Below, one piece after another: positions 55,611 through 64,000 of a stretch of DNA of 64,000 nucleotides. The notes under the pieces were generated by a model. That model was not told where the DNA came from. It saw only the letters and a list, made by a program, of their open reading frames with translations, and searched no databases. Each line of letters opens with the position of its first letter. Position 1 is the first letter of the stretch. This stretch comes from Cycas panzhihuaensis (Eukaryota > Plantae > Cycadophyta), in the NCBI GenBank assembly GCA_023213395.1, contig CM041465.1, positions 205,413,741 to 205,477,740 on the forward strand, in the 5' to 3' direction. Both the position numbers and the translations under genes were made by a program.

Positions 55611-56800
55611 TGTTAAGAGTTAATCTTTAATGTGTCTAGGAGAATATTATATTTAGGGTTATTAATGTATAGTCCTTAAGGGGTATTGTATCATGGTCTA
55701 TAGGTTAGTATTAATGTTAATATTAATGGTCTAATAGAAGTGTTATATCAAGTTATTAAGTGTGCTTAAGTACATCTTTATGTGTAACACCTAATTAATA
55801 GGTGAAATAGTTGTTAATTTAGTTGGAGGAGTTAGAGATAGACCCAAGTATAAATATGCACTCGACTCATTTTTAAAATTATAAATACAACAAAATTTAA
55901 TTTCAATGTTTTAACATGGTATCAAAGCAGGATACTTATCAAGCTCATCATTACATAGGTTTACCATTTTATTGATGTGTATAGAGGTGGCTTCGTAGAG
56001 TTGATTGCTAATTGAGGTTCTAATTTCAGAAGGTGAAGCCCTAAGGCCATCATTATTACAAGTTGTGCCAAGCCAGTGATAGTGATTGATACAAAATAGA
56101 ATTTTTACTAGAAAATATTATTCCTTTACTTTGTTATGTGATGAAAGCTTTATGCTAGGGTTCACTCTATAAAGACTTGATTGGTGTGAATTTATGAAGC
56201 TAAAAAGTGATGACATATGAATAAATATGAATTTTTATGTGAATAGAGGTTAGCCTAGGTATCAAGCTGATCGTTTCTATGTGAAAGTCACCCAAGGAAA
56301 AAAACTGTAGAGGTACTTAAGAGTGTGAAAAAAGAGAAGACCATAGTCTAAGATAGCTATAAGAAAAAGGATTCTTTGTGCAGAAAAAGAGATGAAGAAG
56401 TCATCTACAAGGAGAAAGTAGCCATAGTAAAGTGGCCATCTGTTTGTACTAGAATTTAGTCACCAAAGAGTAGAAGAAGACATTGGTTATGTTGGAGAAA
56501 TCACATGAAGATAGCCACCACACAAGTCTATATATGAAAGATAAATAGTGAGTGCATAACCCTAAGGCTACTAAAGAAATGAAGAAGTTTTGTTTAATCG
56601 ACATAGGTCATGGAAAGGAGCTAAATTTATGAGGAGTCATTTGGAGAAGCTTCCCACACGATAATTACACAATTTCCATAGCAATTTAGTAATTCCAAAT
56701 AATGCTTGGTAGCCACCATCTTTCATGGGACCACTAGACTAGACTGAGTTAGGGAAACCAAAAATTATGATGGAGGGAAACTGTATGATCATTCTCATTA
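55611..56800 (+). mobile_element. 5' LTR (55611-55916), PBS and degenerate internal region of an LTR element; right end not resolved
   Basis: TGTTAA...TTAACA termini, tataaat at ~55849, PBS tggtatcaaagc at 55917-55928. Confidence 0.75.
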
Positions 56801-57302
56801 GACCTTCTCCAACCTAAATTATTATAACACATCCTTAGATGGTAATGTTCCAACATTTATTTCATTCCCATATGACCTTGACACTAGTTGATAAGTCTGC
56901 ATGAGTAATATATGTCTTTATTGTCAACAAAGGACATAATATATATAGTAAAATAGAGGTTAGATTTATTTATTGCATAAACAAAATTTTAGGGTTTAAC
57001 AGAGAAGGTTCAATCTCCACCAACATCCATAACTGCCACTAAATCCATAGATTTGGCTACTTCAGTACAATAGTTATTAATAAATTTTGGTTTAACCTCT
57101 TTAAAATCATCTTTGAATACAACAGTTACCACACAAAAGATGGATTTCCACTTATTATGAAGAGATTAAAGGAGGAGTTGCTTAGACTATAGAGATTCTC
57201 CATGTGTAAAATAACAATTCCCTTATAAATAATGAATAACTAAGAAGTCTAGAAGAATTTTAATCCAGTGAATGTAGTCGATTGGTTCATCGTCATTGGT
57301 CA

Positions 57303-58361
57303 TGTTAATATGGTGGTTATTTGTTAAGCCACTAAATTAATGTTAATGTGGTTTAACTAAGGTGATTAAACGAAAAGGTGCAACTTATTTAGAGGGTCAC
57401 AACCCTAATTGGGTGACACCTCTTAGAAGAGTATAAAAGCCTTAAGGCCTTGTGTATTCAAAGTATCAAATCAATTAATTAATATGATCCATCAAGGATC
57501 CTTTTGTAATGGATTTTTTCTCAAAAATGTTTTCCCATATAAATCCTATATACTATACATCTATTTTTTGTGTGTATTATTGTTTGCTAGTTGTGTATGG
57601 TTAAAGATTCTATAGATGGGAACATTTATGTATGATTTCATGTTCCCAAATATGGTATCAAAGTCGTAGGGTCCTACACAGTTAAAGCCTGACATTGAGT
57701 GGAGCGATAAAATCATTGGTTACTGGGTGAACCCGTTAAATCCAGGACTTGTCTTAAGGGTCCATTAACTCAAGCAACATATAAAAGTAGGCACAACAGA
57801 TTAGTGGTTATTGAAGCGCTGAAAATCACTCATCAATGAAGAATAAGGGTTGGTTGTTGTCAATATTCAGATGTGCAGACCATGAACATAGAAAGAGGTG
57901 GCTCATTTGGGGTCATCTGAAACTGGTTCATGAATATATATATTGTTGGAGCTAGTAGAAGTGCATGCTAATGGAGATCAAATAGTATTGAGGATAGCCA
58001 GTCATGTATATACATAAGTCAATTATCTCTCTCATAAAAATACCATAAAAATCAATTAAATAAGCACGTTCTTTACTATTATTTCCTATCAAATCTTTCC
58101 TTAGCACCTGTGGACGTGATTGGAACCTATATTGGTATTTTTCTATCCATATGAGAGTGCTAGAATGAGTGTACAATAGTAGAAGATAGAATTCTTTCTA
58201 AGTCAAGCTACTTCATTGGTGTTTTTTTGGAGACTTATATATGAGTTGAGCTTGGAACAACCATATTAAGGTTAGTTGGGCACTTAGTGAATTGGTTGGA
58301 CATGTTTTGGAGAAGATTGGGTAGCGTACATCCTATTTACTAGCCATACGAAGGTTGTATA
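57303..58361 (+). mobile_element. 5' LTR (57303-57652), PBS and leader of a C1-family copia, interrupted by the TRIM/copia block
   Basis: LTR is colinear with 5318-5694. PBS tggtatcaaagt at 57653-57664. Leader matches window positions 1-340. Confidence 0.88.
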
Positions 58362-58599
58362 TGTCACAGGTTACCGTTATACCAAAAGCCCCGGGGTGAT
58401 TTAGGAAGAGGACTTCCTTGTGATAGTTAGCGTCACGTGCTCCAACACTCCCTCGTCACAAGGAGTTGACTGTTCCTGCATGGCATTGCATGTCCACCAC
58501 GGCGTTCCTCAGTGCCACCCAACAAACACCTTCACGTATCTCCAGGTGCGCTACCACGGTACACAGGACCAGTTTTGAACCTTGGTTGCTCTGATACCA
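58362..58599 (-). mobile_element. Second TRIM copy (PBS, internal region, PPT and 3' LTR; own 5' LTR absent)
   Basis: The reverse complement is colinear with 14726-14963. LTR 58362-58447 is 86 bp with TG...CA ends. Perfect PBS TGGTATCAGAGC at 58599-58588. Confidence 0.95.
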
Positions 58600-58601
58600 C
58601 A

Positions 58602-58913
58602 TGAAGGAAGGATGGATCTAGGAGATAAATCACTCACATGCACACAATGGCAATGGAGAATAAAAAAGAAGATAAAACAAGATATGAGAGCAAGCTTGGA
58701 GGTGAGAATGAATAATGACTCCCTCCTTGAGATTTCAACTTTTATTAATAAGGGTGAGCATTAGGATTAGGATTTTCTTGCCTAATGACATGAACTTGAA
58801 ATTACATCTAAATGCACATAAAGTACATTTCACTAAGAGACTAATGCTAACAATATATCATAAGGTCACATAATTAATCTACACAAATGACCTTGATACA
58901 TTAACCTCTTTCA
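58602..58913 (-). repeat. 3' LTR of element Y (312 bp)
   Basis: Directly follows the PPT and has TGAA...TTCA inverted termini. The partner LTR is outside the window. Confidence 0.82.
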
Positions 58914-59229
58914 ATCCCCCCCTTAATGGTGGAAGATCATTTTTAGAAAATCTATTCTATGAGGTCTTCATTTGAGCCTCATTATTACATTAAAATTCTA
59001 AATGACACTTTTGTGGGAAAACCCTCATGGGGAATAAGAACCTACGAACTTTCTAAGATCTATAGCCCCTTTTATAAATCAGAATAGCTAAGGTGGCTCT
59101 TTGATGTAGCCTAATAGCCAAGTGACTTAAATGTGTAGCTTAATCTGTTAAGTCTCCATATATTGTTTGGTCATTCCCTATGCCCTTTTGGGTTTTCATA
59201 GGTTCTGATTTTCTAAAACAAGTACAACC

Positions 59230-59333
59230 CTTATCCTTCCGTGCCCACATGGGGTTTTCACAAAGAGGATAGAGCAGAGACTTACTCTTATTCTTCCGTG
59301 CCCATAAGGGGTTTTCACGAAGAGAATAGAGTA
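59230..59333. repeat. Direct repeat with 57-bp period in the 3' UTR of Y
   Basis: cttatccttccgtgcccacatggggttttcacaaagaggatagag and cttattcttccgtgcccataaggggttttcacgaagagaatagag. Confidence 0.88.
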
Positions 59334-59420
59334 TGATGATCATGTTTCCATCTTCTTTGATCAATTGAAGATGGAGGCCCTAAGGCCGAGCTGCCTTTGG
59401 AACTGTTTAAACTTCACCCT

Positions 59421-62400
59421 TTATAGCGGTTTGGTGAAGATATTGGCCACTTGATCTGCTGTGGGATAGTAATCTAACTGAATTGTGCCGTCATGAACAA
59501 GTTCCCTAATCCTATGGACTTTCATACTTATGTTTTTGGTATGATCATGAAATATAGGATTTTTCGCCATGCAGATTACTGATTGATTATCCACATGAAG
59601 ACTCGTAGGACTTGTTTGGGTGATATTCAATGTTTCCAATAATTTTCTCAGCCATATCACCTCTTTATCGGTCTCGAAGCGAATGTATTCAGCTTCGGTA
59701 GTTGAATCTACAACTATCTTCTGCCATTTGGATCTCCATGATACTGGTGTTATTCCAAGAAACATTACATACCCAGACATAGATCTTCCCGTATCTTTAT
59801 CTCCTGTAAAGTCTGAGTCTATGTATGCAGAAAGCTTGAAGTCTAAATTAGGTTCATACAACAGACCATATTTGTTAGTCGTCTTAAGGTATCTCAACAC
59901 TCGCACTGTTGCCTGCCAATGATTCTGCTTAGGATTTGTCATGTAATGAGCAAGAATGCCGACAGAGTGTATAATATCTGGCCTTGTATTGGTAGTGTAG
60001 ATGAGACTACCTACAAGTTTCCTATAGAGTGTTGCATCTATCTCCCTAGTGTCACCTTCAGTTAAGAGTTTGGTATCAGGATCCATAGGTAACATCACCG
60101 GTCGAGCATCTTCTAACTGAAACTTGGTTAGAAGATCATTGATGTAATTTTCTTGGGAGAGGAAAATTTTTCTATTTTTTTGTATTACTTCAATTCCCAA
60201 GTAATATTTCATCAAACCGAAGTCAAACAATTTGAACGTTTTACCAAGGTCTTTTTTCAGCTGGCTTATTACCTGTTCACTATTACCCATTACTAGCATG
60301 TTATCCACAAAGATTATGAGATAAGTGACTTTATCCTTATGGCGCTTGATGAACAATGTTCCATCAATATCTTGATAGTCACAAACCTCGTATCCAAGTT
60401 ACCTCATCCTTTCAGACAACTTGGCAAACCAAGCGCGAGGGGCTTGTTTAAGGCCATACAAGGATGTTCTGAACCTACAAACCTTATGCTCTTGACCTTC
60501 AATCTTATATCCTTCTGGCTGAGCCATGTAAATTTCTTCTTCAAGATCTCCATTGAGAAACGTGGTCTTAATATCGAATTGGTGGATTTTCCAACCCTGT
60601 TGAGCAGCTAAGGCCACAAGAGTTCTAATTGTAGGCCACTTGGTTGAGGTGCAAAGACTTCAGTGTAGTCGATACCTTCCCTTTGTGTAAATCCTTTAGC
60701 TACCAACCTCACCTTGTGTTTTTCAAGGGTGCCTTCTGATCTATATTTATTTTTGAACACCTATTTATTTTGAACTACCTTTCTACCAAGTGGTAGATCA
60801 ACTAGCTCCCATGTATCGTTCTTAATAAGAGATTGGTACTCTTTGTTCATGGCATTTCTCCAAGCTGTATGCTTTATAGCTTCTTGGTACATTAAGGGCT
60901 CTTCATTAAGAGTAAGGTACAATTCAGTTGGTTCAAGCTCAGTATATAATGATTCCTGCATCCTTGCTTTATGGGCACTTCGAGTGCCAGTTTTGCCCAT
61001 CTCATCTGGTTGTATGTCCTTATTGAGCTGGCAGGCTTCTCGAGATCCTTGAGTTGGGAATGATGTCCTCATTTCCCTAACTTCTTAGTTCTCATCATGT
61101 TCGTTAAAATGATTATTTTGTAAGGAGGATGTTGATGTGCCTGAGGAAGATGGTCCTTTTACCATTATTTTGCCTTTGTCAGCTGAAGGTGGAGAGGATG
61201 GTTCTTCTATAATAGCTTTGCCTTTATCAACTCTGTTATCTTCAAAAGATGGTGTTGGATGTGCACTCATTTGTTTAGAGTCACAACTTGTATCCTCCAA
61301 GGCTCTATTGTCAGCTTCCAACATTTGGAGTAATTTATTTCTACCCCCCCCCCCCCCCCCAATTTTAGAATCTGAACATCATACTTGATAACATTATTGT
61401 AGCAGTGTGAGGGTACTATGGAGTCTAGTTTAAGTAATCGATCCTCTGTCTCTACAAAAATGACATCTCTGGTAACGATGATTTTTTGTTGTGAAGATAT
61501 AAAGACCTTATACCCTTTCTTATCCATAGGGTATCTAACAAAGATGCCTTTAAGTGCCCTTGGCTGGAGTTTGTTTCGATCTACATCCAAAATATGGGGA
61601 TAGCATCTAGAGCCAAAAATTCTAAAGTAGTGAACAATGGGGGCTTGTCCTAACCACTTTTCATTACGTGATTGTACTTCCTTTGATGGGCTAACAGTAT
61701 TGATACAATAAACGATTGTCCAAATTGCTTCAACCCATAGATAAGCATGTACATTTTTATATATTAACATAGCACGAGCCATGTCCATGATTGTCCTATT
61801 CATGCACTCAGCAACTCCATTTTATTGTGGGGTACCTGCTACTGTTATTTGATGCTTGATGCCATTGTCTCGAAGGTAGCTTTCAAACTTATGTGAGGTA
61901 TATTCACCACCATTATCAGTTCAAAGATATTTGAGTTGATAACTTGACTCTTTTTCAGTGAGGGCTTTGAATTCCTTAAATATACAGAATGCTTTATCTT
62001 TCTTGTGTAGAAAAACTACCTATACTTTTCTAGTAAAATCATCAATGAAAGAGATGCAATATAGCGTGCCCTTTAGTGAAGGAATGGGCATTGGCCTACA
62101 CAAATCAGAGTGTACCAATTGTAATAGATGGCTTGATTTCCACTGACTTTTAGGAAAGGGTTGTCGATGAGATTTGGCAATGATACAAGCTTCACATATA
62201 AAGGGCTTAGAGGAAAACTTTGGAAGGTTTGGAAGAGTATTAGAAAGATCTCTAAGTCTATCAATGTGAACATGGCCCATACGAGCATGCCAAAGAGCTT
62301 CTGGTGATAACGTTGGATGGGTCAAGATGGAATTAAATGCAAATTCTTCATCAACACAAGGGCTTTGGGTACAATTGGCTTTAGAAGATGGAGAGTCATC

Positions 62401-63940
62401 CAGTCGAAAGAATTTGCTAGAGAGATGTCCAGTCAAAACTACCTCATTAGTTAGAGGGTGAATGACCTTACGAGTCTGGTCATTTATGGTTATACTCAGA
62501 TCAAATCTACGAGAAATAAGTGTAGATGAAGAGATTAGGTTTTGTTTGAGATTGGGTATATATAAGACATCAAGCAATGTAAAATCTTTTAAGCCTGGGA
62601 GTTTCAGGCGAATGTTGCCAATTCCTTCAACAGGTTGTTGTGATTTATCAGCCATGTGAATAACTCCATAAACATTTGAGTCAAATGTTTGATATATACT
62701 GCGATTATATATCATATGTTGAGTTGCTCATGTGTCCATGATCCATTGTCCATCGATTGAAGCTACACTATTGGCAATTCCAATAGGGCTTGGCATTGGT
62801 GAAGGGAATTCACAAGTGATATATCCACACTGAGCTTCAAAGTATCTCTTTGGTTGGTCAATAGCATTTGATGTTGAAGATCCCTCAATTCTTTGAATGT
62901 GTGCTTGTACAAAACTTGCACCACTAAAGGATTTTTCACAAGTTTCTTCAACATTGTGAGCTCCATGTTTTGGTTGGAACTTAGCCAACTTATAAGTGGC
63001 AGTTCTGCAATCTTTTGCTAAATGTCTTTACGGTTACATTGATCACACATAATGGTTTGATTACCAGTCCCTGAAGAAGTACTAGTTTGGCCTGACTGTC
63101 TTGCTCTTTGTTAAGATGGCCCTTGGCCTTGAAACTGTCAAGGTTGTGATTGAGGGTTTGATTGACCTTCTGGATGATTTCCCATATTTCTTTCTCTTCC
63201 TCTTACTCGGTTATTTCCTCTGCCACGAGAGGGACCTTAATTTTTTGTGTAGCAAACTTCTTCTTCTACCTCAAAGGCTACATCTGGAAGAGAGTCAGAG
63301 GCTACAAAGTTTATATCAAAGGTCTTGTCAAATTTTATAAACTTTTCGGTAAGTCCTTTGAAGTTGAGTGTCTTCAATGTTCCACTAGATTGAAGACTTC
63401 CAAGCAAGTTTTTATAATCAGGGACATGTAAACATGACTGGATCAAAAATGCCCAAGTGATGCATTAGGTCTTAAAGTCTTTGTCAATTGCTTGTTTGAT
63501 TGGTCGAAGGAGATTTATTGTCTCATGAGCTCATCCCTTTTGCATTTTTAATTTGTTCATTTTCAAAACAAGATGAACAAATTCTAAATCTAACTTTGTA
63601 TCAAAGTTCTTTCTAAGAACATCTAGGACCTTCCAGGCTATATCATATTCCTCTTCGTTTATCAAGCTGTGCAATGAGTGATAAATGACCAACAAAATTC
63701 TTGCACGAATCTTTTCACCATCTATCTCCCATTGTAGTTTAGTTGTAGCATCTGTAAGAGCTGTTGGGGCAGATCCACTCAAAGTAGTTGTTGTAGTCGT
63801 TGCTGGTGTACTGGGTGTAGGTTACAAGTGGGCTCTCCAAAGGCCTTCATACTTTGTAGCATTTTTAATTCTAATGTACCATATATCCCAATTTTCTTTG
63901 CCTTTCAATATGCAGTTCACATTTTGCTTGAATTGAGATG
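59421..63940 (-). pseudogene. Copia gag-pol of Y with stops and frameshifts
   Basis: ORFs 63531-63782 and 63237-63446 (gag), CDQC..H..KDC knuckle at ~63050-63005, WIMDT*ATQHM protease, 62020-62715 (LWHARMGH, FIDDF), 61267-61803 (integrase), 60399-60617 and 59421-60356 (RT/RNase H, VANIFTKPL). Confidence 0.94.
61344..61360. repeat. C17 homopolymer in the INT-RT linker of Y
   Basis: Read directly. Confidence 0.95.
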
Positions 63941-64000
63941 ACATGGTGATGATAAAGAAGTAGAAGAGATTATATAAGTATGTGCCACTTACACATGTGG

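Larger units (their letters stand above)
58602..64000 (-). mobile_element. Best-preserved Ty1/copia element in the window (Y); 5' end beyond the window
   Basis: Long minus-strand ORF pieces. PPT ttaagggggggat (plus 58914-58926). LTR 58913-58602 reads TGAAAG...CCTTCA. Confidence 0.93.

Noticed and set aside
59620-63936. Plus-strand ORFs overlapping element Y
   Set aside because: They are antisense shadows of the copia pol frame with no recognisable domains.

Overview
This is AT-rich eukaryotic (land-plant, probably gymnosperm-type) repetitive DNA. I could not recognise any host gene, RNA gene or CRISPR array. Most of the window can be rebuilt as nested, old, heavily C>T/G>A-eroded retroelements. 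These are five coding Ty1/copia elements, two Tat-type and two chromovirus-type Ty3/gypsy elements, several non-autonomous LTR elements, one 5'-truncated L1 LINE, and two copies of a very small TRIM (326 bp, 86-bp LTRs). Six LTR elements keep both LTRs and a 5-bp target-site duplication, and nesting reaches four levels. The most notable observation is that the second TRIM copy lacks its own 5' LTR and is joined, exactly at its tRNA-Met primer-binding site, to the 3' LTR of the best-preserved copia element. This is a candidate TRIM/helper chimera. Other notable points are microsatellites traceable to deaminated integrase codons and LTR TATA boxes, directional TG/CA>TA erosion of LTR termini, and a Tat element with the archaeal-type RNase H upstream of RT. 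All alignments and translations were done by eye, and boundaries not anchored by a TSD, PBS or PPT are approximate.
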